Source of the DNA: Escherichia phage a20
Sequence record: OQ067374.1
Reading direction: 5' to 3' (one strand)
DNA length: 64,000 nt
A program made the position numbers and the translations under genes. Under the pieces are notes generated by a model, which saw nothing but the letters and a program-made list of their open reading frames with translations, was not told the origin of the DNA and did no database searches. Positions 45,758 through 55,900 of this stretch are shown piece after piece. The stretch's first letter is position 1. Each line of letters opens with the position of its first letter.

Positions 45758-46333
45758 TTGTTATTTACATTCTTCGACCCAATAGGATATAGTGCTAAAA
45801 CAGTTAATAAGAATGCACCTACTATTCCTATGACAGACATATTTCGTAACTATAAAGAGTACTTTAAGCGTGTTGCTGCCAATTATAGATTACGTTCTTA
45901 TTATATTAAAGGCTCTCCGCGTCCTGAAGAACTAGCAAACATAATTTATGGCAACCCTCAATTATACTGGGTCCTTTTGATGTGTAATGATAACTATGAT
46001 CCGTATTATGGTTGGATTACATCTCAGGAAGCAGCGTATCAAGCTTCTATTCAGAAATATGCTAATGCAGGCGGAGACCAAATTCTTTATCATATTAACG
46101 AGAACCGTGAGAAATTTTACAATTTGGTTTCATATCCAGACGAGCCTTTAGTGTGGTACGATAAAGGTGATGAAGCTCGTAAGTATCCGCAATATAAAGG
46201 ACCTTTAGCTGCAGTAGATACTTATGAAGCGGCAGTATTAGATAATGAAAAACTTCGTAAAATAAAAATTGTTGCAAAAGAAGATATAAACTCGTTTATT
46301 ACTGATTTGATTCGTGAGATGGAGATTGCATAA
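45758..46333 (+). CDS. 53: Baseplate wedge protein gp53
   Basis: MLFTFFDPIGYSAKTVNKNAPTIPMTDIFRNYK matches T4 gp53; apparent TTG start with SD GGAAGGAG. Confidence 0.9.
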   Translation: MLFTFFDPIGYSAKTVNKNAPTIPMTDIFRNYKEYFKRVAANYRLRSYYIKGSPRPEELANIIYGNPQLYWVLLMCNDNYDPYYGWITSQEAAYQASIQKYANAGGDQILYHINENREKFYNLVSYPDEPLVWYDKGDEARKYPQYKGPLAAVDTYEAAVLDNEKLRKIKIVAKEDINSFITDLIREMEIA

Positions 46334-48066
46334 TGGAAATGATTAGCAGTAGCCTTAATTGGTTCGTGGGTGTTGTCGAGGACAGAATGGACCCATTAAA
46401 ACAAGGGCGAGTTCGAGTGCGAGTAGTTGGGCTTCATACCGCACAGAGAGTACAAGGCGATGTGCAGGGTATTCCTACAGAAAAACTTCCATGGATGACT
46501 GTTATTCAACCTATTACGTCTGCATCAATGTCAGGTATTGGTGGTTCTGTTACAGGTCCTGTTGAAGGAACTCGAGTATATGGTCATTTCTTAGACAAAT
46601 GGAAAACAAACGGTATTGTACTTGGTACATATGGCGGAATCGTACGTGAAAAGCCTAATAGACTTGAAGGTTTTTCAGACCCGACGGGCCAGTATCCACG
46701 ACGTTTAGGTAATGATACGAACGTATTAAACCAAGGTGGTGAAGCTGGTTATTATTCGAACTCTAACGTAATTCAAGATAACAACTTAGATTATGGTATA
46801 AACCCAGACGATACAGATTTAGCAAATATTCCAGAAGATGACGACCCTAATTTTACAATAACAGAAATGTTACGTCGTGACGAAGGTCTTCGTGATAAAG
46901 TGTATTGGGACCATCTCGGGTATCCTACAGTAGGTATTGGACACCTTATCGTAATGGAAAAGACCCGAGATATGTCTCGAATTAATAAATTGTTATCTGA
47001 TCAAGTAGGGCGTGAAGTAACAGGAAATCCGGGAACTATTACATTAGAAGAAGCAACAGCGTTATTTGAGAAGGACCTTGCTAAGATGCAGAAAGACATT
47101 CGTTCTAATTCTAAAGTAGGTCCTGTTTATGCTAAAATGAACAGATCTCGCCAAATGGCATTAGAAAACATGTGCTTCCAAATGGGCGTTGGTGGTGTAG
47201 CAAAATTCAATACTATGCTTAAAGCAATGGCCGAAGGTGATTGGAAAACTGCATACAAATCCGGGCGCGATTCATTATGGTTCCAACAGACTAAAGGACG
47301 CGCTTCACGTGTAACAACAATTATTTTAACCGGTAACATGGAATCATACGGTGTTCCTGTTAAAACACCGCCTTCACCAGGAGTTGGTGCCGATTTAGTT
47401 ACTAGAAATACCGATTCAGAAGACCCGGCTGGTCCTCCTGTTCCATTAGATTCACGCATCCTTTTTAAAGAACCGGAATCAAGTTATCGTGGTGAGTATC
47501 CATATGTTCATGCTATGGAAACAGAAAGCGGTCATATCCAAGAATTTGACGATACTCCAGGTAATGAACGTTATCGTTTAGTTCATCCAACAGGGTCATA
47601 TGAGGAAGTTTCTCCGTCTGGGCGTCGTACTCGTAAAACTGTAGAAGACCTTTTTGACATCACTAATGGTGATGGGAACTTCTTGATTTCTGGCGATAAG
47701 CTTGTTAACGTTGGTGCTAATGAAATATATTATAACATGGCAGACCGCCTCCATCAAATAGACGGCAATGACACAATCTTTATTCGTGGTAACCAATCTA
47801 AAACTGTTGAAGGCGATGGAACTCTTTACGTTAAGGGTAATATCAAAATAGTTGTTGACGGAAATGCAGATATTCTTGTTAAAGGTGATGCTAAAACTCA
47901 GGTCGAAGGGAATCATGATTACACCGTCAACGGAAACGTTAAATGGACTGTTAATGGTAATGTTGATATGACTGTTGCCGGGGATTGGGCAGAAACAATG
48001 TCTACAATGAGCTCAGTAGCTTCAGGACAATACACTGTTGACGGATCTCGTATTGATATTGGGTAA
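46333..48066 (+). CDS. 5: Baseplate hub / tail lysozyme gp5
   Basis: MEMISSSLNWFVGVVEDRMDP...; lysozyme domain DEGLRDKVYWDHLGYPTVGIGH; C-terminal VxG beta-helix repeats. Confidence 0.95.
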   Translation: MEMISSSLNWFVGVVEDRMDPLKQGRVRVRVVGLHTAQRVQGDVQGIPTEKLPWMTVIQPITSASMSGIGGSVTGPVEGTRVYGHFLDKWKTNGIVLGTYGGIVREKPNRLEGFSDPTGQYPRRLGNDTNVLNQGGEAGYYSNSNVIQDNNLDYGINPDDTDLANIPEDDDPNFTITEMLRRDEGLRDKVYWDHLGYPTVGIGHLIVMEKTRDMSRINKLLSDQVGREVTGNPGTITLEEATALFEKDLAKMQKDIRSNSKVGPVYAKMNRSRQMALENMCFQMGVGGVAKFNTMLKAMAEGDWKTAYKSGRDSLWFQQTKGRASRVTTIILTGNMESYGVPVKTPPSPGVGADLVTRNTDSEDPAGPPVPLDSRILFKEPESSYRGEYPYVHAMETESGHIQEFDDTPGNERYRLVHPTGSYEEVSPSGRRTRKTVEDLFDITNGDGNFLISGDKLVNVGANEIYYNMADRLHQIDGNDTIFIRGNQSKTVEGDGTLYVKGNIKIVVDGNADILVKGDAKTQVEGNHDYTVNGNVKWTVNGNVDMTVAGDWAETMSTMSSVASGQYTVDGSRIDIG

Positions 48067-48069
48067 TAT

Positions 48070-48585
48070 ATGGCACAAATACTTCCTTTAAATACCGACT
48101 TAGGAGAAGACATGGAAGGGGCGTCTATTGACGTCCTTTTTACTCCACAGTTAGAAACAACCGAAACTTTAGTGTCAATAAATATAACAGATTATGAACC
48201 GACACAAGGCATTACGGTAGATGGTAATCGTTTATATGGAACATATGAAAGTGTGTTTAGCTTTTCTTCGGACGCATTGAAATACCGATTAAATGACGAT
48301 TTTGAAACCGCATCTTCATGGGATGATTTACCAAAAGATGAGTCCACACAGTTATATTTGTGGAGAGCTCCTCAGAATCTTCGTAAAGTGTTTAGTTATA
48401 CGGTTGAAATGATTTATAACTACCAAGAAGAAAGTTCATCAGGCGGTTCTAGAAGTGACTCTGGTACAGAACCTCCACCGGCTCCAGTACAAAAAACTCT
48501 TACTAAGGTTTATACAAAAACTATAGTAGGAAATTGGAGCAAATGGGCTCATCAATTACGAAACTATGTTTATGTGAGGCCGTGA
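48070..48585 (+). CDS. 5.1: Hypothetical baseplate-associated protein (5.1 position)
   Basis: 171-aa ORF directly after gene 5. Confidence 0.6.
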   Translation: MAQILPLNTDLGEDMEGASIDVLFTPQLETTETLVSINITDYEPTQGITVDGNRLYGTYESVFSFSSDALKYRLNDDFETASSWDDLPKDESTQLYLWRAPQNLRKVFSYTVEMIYNYQEESSSGGSRSDSGTEPPPAPVQKTLTKVYTKTIVGNWSKWAHQLRNYVYVRP

Positions 48586-48587
48586 AA

Positions 48588-48881
48588 ATGTCTGGCTTAA
48601 GTTACGACAAGTGCGTTACAACAGGTCATGAAGCATGGCCTCCTACTGTAATAAATGCTTCCCAATCTAAAGTGTTCACCGGCGGTATTCCTGTTCTTGT
48701 AGCAGGAGACCAAATAACACCTCATACAGAAATTAAAAAACCATACGAGACTCATGGAGGTGTTACTGAACCTCGTACATCTAAAGTATACGTCACCGGT
48801 AAAAAGGCCGTTCAAATGGCTGACCCAATTTCATGCGGGGATACTGTTTCTCAGGCCTCGTCAAAAGTCTTTATCAAATAG
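48588..48881 (+). CDS. 5.4: PAAR-like spike tip protein (gp5.4-like)
   Basis: 97-aa ORF from ATG 48588; PAAR-like motifs ([15 protein letters not shown]); position before gene 6. Confidence 0.6.
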   Translation: MSGLSYDKCVTTGHEAWPPTVINASQSKVFTGGIPVLVAGDQITPHTEIKKPYETHGGVTEPRTSKVYVTGKKAVQMADPISCGDTVSQASSKVFIK

Positions 48882-48889
48882 GAATTAAA

Positions 48890-50863
48890 ATGGCAAACAC
48901 TCCTGTAAATTATCAATTAACCCGAACAGCGAATGCTATTCCCGAGATTTTTATCGGGGGCACATTTGCCGAAATCAAACAGAACATTATCGAATGGCTT
49001 AATGGGCAGAATGAATTTCTTGATTATGATTTTGAAGGTTCACGCTTAAACGTATTGTGCGACCTTTTAGCATATAACACTCTTTACATCCAACAGTTCA
49101 GTAATAGTGCAGTGTATGAAAGTTTTATGCGTACTGCAAACTTGCGTAGTTCTGTTGTACAAGCGGCTCAAGATAACGGATATCTGCCTTCATCTAAATC
49201 AGCAGCACAAACAGAAATTATGCTCACATGTACGGATGCATTAAATAGAAACTATATCACCATTCCACGTGGCACTCGTTTCTTAGCATACGCTAAAGAT
49301 ACTTCTGTTAACCCGTATAACTTTGTTTCTACTGAAGATGTCATTGTAGTTAAAGACAAAAATAACCAATATTTTCCACGTCTTCGATTAGCTCAAGGAC
49401 GTATTGTTCGCACTGAATTAACATTTGATAAATTAAAACCTATCATTATTCGTGATAAGAATATTGACCGTAATTTGGTTAAGTTGTATGTTGACGGAGC
49501 AGAATGGATTAACTGGACTCGTAAGTCGATGGTTCACGCTGGTTCTACGTCAACAATCTATTATATGCGTGAAACAGTTGACGGGAACACCGAATTTTAT
49601 TTTGGTGAAGGCGAAATCTCTATTAACACGTCAGAAGGTGCGTTAACGTCTAACTATATTGGTGGCCTTAAACCTGTTCAGGGTTCTAAAATCGTAATTG
49701 AGTATATTTCTACTAATGGCGCAGATGCTAACGGTGCTGTAGGATTTTCTTATGCTGATACATTAGCTAATATCACTGTAATCGGTATTAACGAGAACCC
49801 TAGCAATAACCCAGACTTTGTTGGGGCCGATGGTGGTGGTGACCCTGAAGATATTGAACGTATCCGCGAATTAGGCACAATTAAACGCGAAACTCAACAA
49901 CGTTGTGTAACCGCTTCCGACTATGACACATTCGTCTCTGAGCGGTTTGGTTCTATTATTCAAGCGGTTCAAACATTCACAGATTCATCTAAACCAGGGT
50001 ACGCATATATTGCTGCTAAGCCTAAATCTGGATTGTATTTGACTTCTGTCCAACGCGATGATATCAAAAACTATTTGAATGATTATAACTTAGGGACTAT
50101 TACACCTGTTGTTATTTCGCCTGATTATTTGTTTATCAAAATGAATATCAAAGTTACATACGCGTTGAATAAACTCCAAGAATCAGAACAATATCTTGAA
50201 GGGCAGATTATTAATAAAATAGACCGATATTATATTGAAGATGTAGAAATTTTTAACTCATCGTTTGCAAAATCTAAAATGCTAACTTATGTCGATGATG
50301 CAGATATTTCTATTATTGGTTCTTCAGCTACCATTCAAATGGTTCGCGAAGTACAAAACTTCTATAAAACGCCTGAGGCCGGTATTAAATACAATAATCA
50401 GATTAAAGATAGATCGATGGAATCTAATATATTCTCGTTTGATTCGCACAGACCTAATCCAGAAAATGCAAACGAAACTATTAAATACGGTGTTCGCATA
50501 GTATCTTCCGACCGTAATGACCGTGGCATAGGTCAAGTTATTATTGGTCCATTTGCAGACGGTGATGTTGTTGAAAACGAAAATATACAACCTTATACAG
50601 GTAATGATTTTAATAAACTTACTGTTACTGACGGACGAAACAAATACTATTCAATTGGTGAAGTGAATTATCCTGCCGATTCGATTTATTGGAACATTGC
50701 TAAAATTGACCTCACTTCAGACCGTTTTGAAGTTCAAACAATTGAACTTTATTCCGACCCTGCAGATGATATTATTTTTACAAAGGATGGTTCTTTAATC
50801 GTATTCGAAAATGACTTACGTCCTCAGTACTTAACTATAGATTTGGAGCCTATTTCACAATGA
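48890..50863 (+). CDS. 6: Baseplate wedge protein gp6
   Basis: MANTPVNYQLTRTANAIPEIFIGGTFAEIKQNIIEWLNGQ matches T4 gp6; start at ATG 48890. Confidence 0.95.
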   Translation: MANTPVNYQLTRTANAIPEIFIGGTFAEIKQNIIEWLNGQNEFLDYDFEGSRLNVLCDLLAYNTLYIQQFSNSAVYESFMRTANLRSSVVQAAQDNGYLPSSKSAAQTEIMLTCTDALNRNYITIPRGTRFLAYAKDTSVNPYNFVSTEDVIVVKDKNNQYFPRLRLAQGRIVRTELTFDKLKPIIIRDKNIDRNLVKLYVDGAEWINWTRKSMVHAGSTSTIYYMRETVDGNTEFYFGEGEISINTSEGALTSNYIGGLKPVQGSKIVIEYISTNGADANGAVGFSYADTLANITVIGINENPSNNPDFVGADGGGDPEDIERIRELGTIKRETQQRCVTASDYDTFVSERFGSIIQAVQTFTDSSKPGYAYIAAKPKSGLYLTSVQRDDIKNYLNDYNLGTITPVVISPDYLFIKMNIKVTYALNKLQESEQYLEGQIINKIDRYYIEDVEIFNSSFAKSKMLTYVDDADISIIGSSATIQMVREVQNFYKTPEAGIKYNNQIKDRSMESNIFSFDSHRPNPENANETIKYGVRIVSSDRNDRGIGQVIIGPFADGDVVENENIQPYTGNDFNKLTVTDGRNKYYSIGEVNYPADSIYWNIAKIDLTSDRFEVQTIELYSDPADDIIFTKDGSLIVFENDLRPQYLTIDLEPISQ

Positions 50864-53800
50864 CAGTAAAAGCGCCAGCAGTCACAAGTCTCAGAATATC
50901 CAAGTTGTCCGCTAACCAAGTTCAAATACGCTGGGATGACGTTGGTGCTAATTTCTACTATTTCGTAGAAATCGCTGAGACTAAAACGGCAGACGGGGAG
51001 ATAATTCCACCTGCCAGCTACAGATGGATAAATTTAGGATATACTCCTAATAGCAACTGGTTCGAAAGTAGCTTAGACCCATTAACTTCTTATATTATTC
51101 GTGTATCAACTGCCGCCGAAGGCTTCGAGAGATCTGATTGGGTATATACCGAAATATTTGAATCATTTCAGACTAACGCGTATACATTTCAACATATGAT
51201 TGAAATGCAATTGGCTAACACTTTTATTAGAGAAAAATTTACAAATAACAACATGGCTTATGTCGATTTTAATAACGACACTATAATGGCAGCTCTAATG
51301 AATGAATCGTTCCAATTTAGCCCTGCTTATGCAGATATTTCATCTATTAAAAATTTCATTATTGGCGAAAATGAGTATCATGAAATTCAAGGTTCGATTC
51401 AACAGGTGTGTCATGATATAAACCGTGTTTATTTGATGGAATCCGAAGGAATTCTTTATTTGTTTGAACGGTATCAGCCTGTGGTTAAAGTCTCTAATGA
51501 TAAGGGACAAACCTGGAAATCGGTTAAATTGTTTAATGACCGTGTAGGGTACCCTGTATCAAGAACAGTGTATTACCAGACAGATTACACCACGTATGTT
51601 CTTGGGTATGATAAATTATTTTACGGCCGTAAATCAACTGACGTTCGTTGGTCTGCTGATGATGTGAGATTTAGTTCTCAAGATATAACATTTGCTAAAG
51701 TTGGTGACCAGTTAAATTTAGGATTTGATGTAGAAATATTTGGTAACTATGCATCATTACCTGCTAACGTATCACGTATTGCAGAAGCTATCGTTTGCAA
51801 TGACGATTATGTATACGTTGCTGCTCGAGATAAAGTTCGTTTTATTAAAACTAGTAATGCCCCTATTGATTCAGACCCGTTATCTCCGACATATTCCGAA
51901 CGTTTGTTTGAACAAGAAACATTTAACATCACAGGTAACCCTAAGGCAGTTTGCTATAAAATGGATTCTGTCGGTGGTAAAATATTTGCACTGATTATCG
52001 GTGAAGTTGTTAATCTTAATGACGACCCGAGGACTACTCCTATTGTTGATTCTGCTGATAAGGGTGTTTACGTTCTAGACCATGATGCTGGCACATTTAA
52101 ACGTGTGTTTGGTAATACTGAAGAAGAACGCCGTCGTATTGAACCTGGGTACACCAGTATGTCTACTGATGGTGTTGAGTTATCTATTTCATCTAGTAAT
52201 TTTAAATTTTTAGAATCAGATATTGTTAATGACCCAAAAACACAAATCAAGTACGGTTTAATCGGTGCTGTTAAATATGAGTATCCTCGCGAATGGTTGG
52301 CTGATAAACATTATCATATGATGGCATTTATTTCAACTGAAGACTCTCAATGGGAATCGTTCACTCCTCAACCGATGGAATACTATGCCGAGCCATTCTT
52401 TAGTTATTCTAGAAAGTCTGGTACTCGATGTTGGATTAATAACTCAGACAAGGCCGTTGTAATTTATTCTGATTTACTTTACACTAAGGTTATTGAGAAT
52501 CATCCACTTAGTTCTTCAGACCGTGAAGTTCATGAATATTGGAAGGACGGTGACTGTACAATAGTGATGCCTAACGTAGATTTCACCGGATTTAAAAAAT
52601 ATGCATCCGGCATGATTTTCTATAAATCATCAGGTGAGATTATTTCTTATTATGATTTTAGTTATCGTGTTAGAGATAATGTTTCTATAATTTGGAAGCC
52701 TACTAATATATTCTTAACAGCATCGTTACAAAACCAAGAAAAAGATACCACATGGACTCCTGTAGAAGAGAATGGTATTGCAGACCCAGATTTACGACCA
52801 TTGCTCACTACAATGATGCCAGAGTCTTATCTTTTAGATAATACAAACTTCGAAGCATTCTGCGAGGCTTATATTCAGTATCTTTCTGACGGTTATGGGA
52901 CCCATTATAACAACCTTTTGAATCTTATTAAAAATCAATATCCGCGCGAAGAACATGCGTGGGAATATTTATGGTCTGAGATTTATAAACGAAACATTTA
53001 CTTAAACGCCGAAAAACGCGACTTAGTGTCTCGTTTCTTTGAATCAAGAAGTTATGACTTCTATTCAACTAAAGGAACTGAAGCATCATATAAATTCTTG
53101 TTTAAAGTGCTTTATAACGAAGATGTTGAAATTGAAATTGAATCTAGTTCCGGGACCGAATATGATATCATCATTGAATCTGATTCGTTGACAGAAGATT
53201 TGGTCGGACAAACCATATACACCGCGACAGGACGTTGTAATGTGACGTATATCGAGAGAAGTTACTCTAAAGGTAAATTACAATGGACTGTAACAATTCA
53301 CAACCTCTTAGGACGTTTAATCCAAGGACAGGAAGTTAAAGCTGAAAGACTCCCTGGTTTTGAAGGTGAAATTGTTCGTGGTATTAAAGGTAAAGAGCTT
53401 TCTCAGAACAACATCGATTACATAAATCGTGGTAGAGCATACTACGTAATGAAGATTAAATCTAAACTTCCATCATCTCGTTGGAAATCAGACGTATTAC
53501 GTTTTGTTCATCCGGTTGGATTTGGATTTATCGCAATTACCCTTCTCACAATGTTTATTAACACCGGATTAACACTTAAACATGTTGAAACCATTATTAA
53601 TAAATACAAAAACTATAAGTGGGATTCTGGATTACCGACTAAATATGCAGACCGAGTGGCTAAATTAGACCCACAAGGAAATGTTGAGTTTGACCCTATT
53701 ACAGGTAAAGCGATATATGAAATAGGCCCTATGGCTGGTCAAGATTATCCATTACCTGAAGATTATAACGCTGAAAACAATAACTCCATATTTCAAGGTC

Positions 53801-53958
53801 AACTTCCATCGGAACGACGTAAACTGATGAGCCCATTATTTGATGCGTCCGGAACAACATTCTCTAGATTTAGAGATTTGGTTGAACAACGGTTAATCGA
53901 TAATGTAGGAAATCCAAGAGACCCCGTGAATCCACCACAGGTTAAATTAGATGAATGA
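50860..53958 (+). CDS. 7: Baseplate wedge protein gp7
   Basis: 1032-aa ORF in T4 gene 7 position, 4-nt overlap with gene 6. Confidence 0.9.
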   Translation: MTVKAPAVTSLRISKLSANQVQIRWDDVGANFYYFVEIAETKTADGEIIPPASYRWINLGYTPNSNWFESSLDPLTSYIIRVSTAAEGFERSDWVYTEIFESFQTNAYTFQHMIEMQLANTFIREKFTNNNMAYVDFNNDTIMAALMNESFQFSPAYADISSIKNFIIGENEYHEIQGSIQQVCHDINRVYLMESEGILYLFERYQPVVKVSNDKGQTWKSVKLFNDRVGYPVSRTVYYQTDYTTYVLGYDKLFYGRKSTDVRWSADDVRFSSQDITFAKVGDQLNLGFDVEIFGNYASLPANVSRIAEAIVCNDDYVYVAARDKVRFIKTSNAPIDSDPLSPTYSERLFEQETFNITGNPKAVCYKMDSVGGKIFALIIGEVVNLNDDPRTTPIVDSADKGVYVLDHDAGTFKRVFGNTEEERRRIEPGYTSMSTDGVELSISSSNFKFLESDIVNDPKTQIKYGLIGAVKYEYPREWLADKHYHMMAFISTEDSQWESFTPQPMEYYAEPFFSYSRKSGTRCWINNSDKAVVIYSDLLYTKVIENHPLSSSDREVHEYWKDGDCTIVMPNVDFTGFKKYASGMIFYKSSGEIISYYDFSYRVRDNVSIIWKPTNIFLTASLQNQEKDTTWTPVEENGIADPDLRPLLTTMMPESYLLDNTNFEAFCEAYIQYLSDGYGTHYNNLLNLIKNQYPREEHAWEYLWSEIYKRNIYLNAEKRDLVSRFFESRSYDFYSTKGTEASYKFLFKVLYNEDVEIEIESSSGTEYDIIIESDSLTEDLVGQTIYTATGRCNVTYIERSYSKGKLQWTVTIHNLLGRLIQGQEVKAERLPGFEGEIVRGIKGKELSQNNIDYINRGRAYYVMKIKSKLPSSRWKSDVLRFVHPVGFGFIAITLLTMFINTGLTLKHVETIINKYKNYKWDSGLPTKYADRVAKLDPQGNVEFDPITGKAIYEIGPMAGQDYPLPEDYNAENNNSIFQGQLPSERRKLMSPLFDASGTTFSRFRDLVEQRLIDNVGNPRDPVNPPQVKLDE

Positions 53959-54955
53959 TTCAAGTGTTATCTATCGTGCAATAGTTACATCAAAATTTAG
54001 AACAGAGAAAATGCTGAATTTTTATAATTCAGTTGGGGATGGAGATGATAAGAACTCCATTTATATTACGTTTGGACGTTCAGAGCCTTGGGCGTCAAAT
54101 GAAAATGAGGTGGGCTTCGCCCCACCTTATCCTACAGATTCTGTTCTTGGTGTTACTGATATGTGGACCCATATGATGGGTACCGTTAAAGTTTTACCTT
54201 CAATGTTAGATTCTGTTATTCCTAGACGTGATTGGGGAGATGTGCGATATCCAGACCCTTACACGTTTAGAATTAACGATATAGTCGCATGTAATACTGC
54301 TCCGTACAACGCGACAGAAGTTGGAGCCGGTTGGTTAATTTACCGTTGTTTAGATGTCCCTGACGTAGGGCTCTGTTCAATAGAATCTTTAGATAATAAA
54401 GATGAATGTCTTAAATTAGGTGGTAAATGGACTCCGTCTGTTCGTTCTATGTCTCCTCCTGAAGGCAGAGGCGATGCTAATGGGGTTATCGAAACCGGTG
54501 ATGGATATATTTGGGAATATCTTTATGAGATTCCTGCCGATGTGTCAATTAACCGTTGCACTAACGAATATCTTGTAGTTCCATGGCCCGAAGAAATTAA
54601 AGAAGACCCCACCCGTTGGGGATATGAAAATAACTTAACTTGGCAACAAGATGACTACGGTTTGATTTACCGTGTTAAAGCTAATACGATGCGGTTTAAA
54701 GCATATTTTGATTCTGTTTATTTCCCTGAGGCAGCTTTGCCTGGTAACAAGGGTTTTAGACAGATATCAATTATCGCAAACCCGTTAGAAGCTAAGAAAA
54801 ATCCAAATGACCCTAATGTTAAAGCAGAAAAGGATTATTACGACCCTAGAGACCTGCAACGTCATTCCGGTGAAATGATTTATATGGAAAACCGACCACC
54901 TGTTATTATGGCAATGGACCAAACAGAAGAAATTAACATTTTGTTTATGTTTTAA
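53951..54955 (+). CDS. 8: Baseplate wedge protein gp8
   Basis: 334 aa, T4 gp8 size and position. Confidence 0.9.
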   Translation: MNDSSVIYRAIVTSKFRTEKMLNFYNSVGDGDDKNSIYITFGRSEPWASNENEVGFAPPYPTDSVLGVTDMWTHMMGTVKVLPSMLDSVIPRRDWGDVRYPDPYTFRINDIVACNTAPYNATEVGAGWLIYRCLDVPDVGLCSIESLDNKDECLKLGGKWTPSVRSMSPPEGRGDANGVIETGDGYIWEYLYEIPADVSINRCTNEYLVVPWPEEIKEDPTRWGYENNLTWQQDDYGLIYRVKANTMRFKAYFDSVYFPEAALPGNKGFRQISIIANPLEAKKNPNDPNVKAEKDYYDPRDLQRHSGEMIYMENRPPVIMAMDQTEEINILFMF

Positions 54956-54958
54956 TTA

Positions 54959-54983
54959 GGGAGCCTTCGGGCTCCCATTTTTG
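54959..54983 (+). terminator. Rho-independent terminator (GGGAGCC-UUCG-GGCUCCC, AUUUUUG)
   Basis: Perfect 7-bp stem, UUCG loop, U-tract, 4 nt after gene 8 stop. Confidence 0.7.
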
Positions 54984-54987
54984 TATC

Positions 54988-54995
54988 TATAAATA
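54988..54995 (+). promoter_or_regulatory. T4 late promoter TATAAATA upstream of gene 9
   Basis: Exact TATAAATA 33 nt upstream of ATG 55028. Confidence 0.5.
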
Positions 54996-55027
54996 GAATA
55001 TAATATCGGACAACAAAAGGCAGAATT

Positions 55028-55900
55028 ATGGCATTTTTTAAGCAAACTCCTAAACAATTAATTGATACCGGCGAAATTGGTAATGCCTCAACAGGTGATA
55101 TCTTATTCGACGGTGGTAATAAAATAAATGACGATATCAACGCTATTTACAATGCATTTGGCGATCAACGTAAAATGGCCGTAGCAGATGGAACCGGACC
55201 TACAGGTCAAACTATTCATGCCACAGGTTATTATCAAAAAGGAAAGGCGGTCGATTATCAAACTCCTATTAAACCAGGCACTATGCATGATATTGATGCT
55301 TCTGATGGTGGTGTGATTGTTATTATTGACCGTCCTGAATTAGGTGACTCTGTAGAATTCATAAACTCTAATGGGTCTATTTCTGTTAACAATCCTTTAA
55401 GTATCCAAGTAACCGACGGTTCGATTAAAGGTGTTCTTAATAATCTTGTTATTTCAACCCCTTATACCCATGTTGTTCTTCGCTGTGTTGAAATTAATGG
55501 GCCAACTTCAGTATGGAATTATTCTACCGATAGCATGTTTGGGCAGAAAGAATCTCCTGTCGATGGGACTTGGAGTCTTACAGGAAACACAGTTTCTATT
55601 CCTCTGTTTTATCGCACAGATTATAACACGGCTAAATTGCTTGTTACATGCCAATCCGCTGACGGTAGAAAAATAAAAACATGCGAAATAAATATTCTAA
55701 TAGATACAATTAACTCAGAAGTTCTTTCTACCGAATTTGCAGTAATGCGAGTTGGTAATGTAGATGAAACCGACGAGATTGCTAATATTAGCTTTAGTAT
55801 TATTAACAACTTTGCTACTATGACGATTACATCCGATATTATTGGATTACGTTCAGCAGTTAAAATTATCTCAACTCAGAAAATTGGGGTCGCTCAATAA
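55028..55900 (+). CDS. 9: Baseplate wedge / long tail fiber connector gp9
   Basis: KQLIDTGEIGNASTGDILFDGGNKINDDINAIYNAFGDQRKMAV matches T4 gp9. Confidence 0.92.
   Translation: MAFFKQTPKQLIDTGEIGNASTGDILFDGGNKINDDINAIYNAFGDQRKMAVADGTGPTGQTIHATGYYQKGKAVDYQTPIKPGTMHDIDASDGGVIVIIDRPELGDSVEFINSNGSISVNNPLSIQVTDGSIKGVLNNLVISTPYTHVVLRCVEINGPTSVWNYSTDSMFGQKESPVDGTWSLTGNTVSIPLFYRTDYNTAKLLVTCQSADGRKIKTCEINILIDTINSEVLSTEFAVMRVGNVDETDEIANISFSIINNFATMTITSDIIGLRSAVKIISTQKIGVAQ

Noticed and set aside
45697-45840. Extended N-terminus of gp4 from ORF-track start 45840 (adds 48 hydrophobic residues)
   Set aside because: A strong SD (AGGAGG) precedes the internal ATG at 45696, which gives the 150-aa size of T4 gp4; the extension would run through the 53 promoter region.
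46359-47916. Small ORFs on either strand inside gene 5 (46359-46565, 47127-47459, 47596-47916)
   Set aside because: Embedded in the uninterrupted 577-aa gp5 frame; no independent support.
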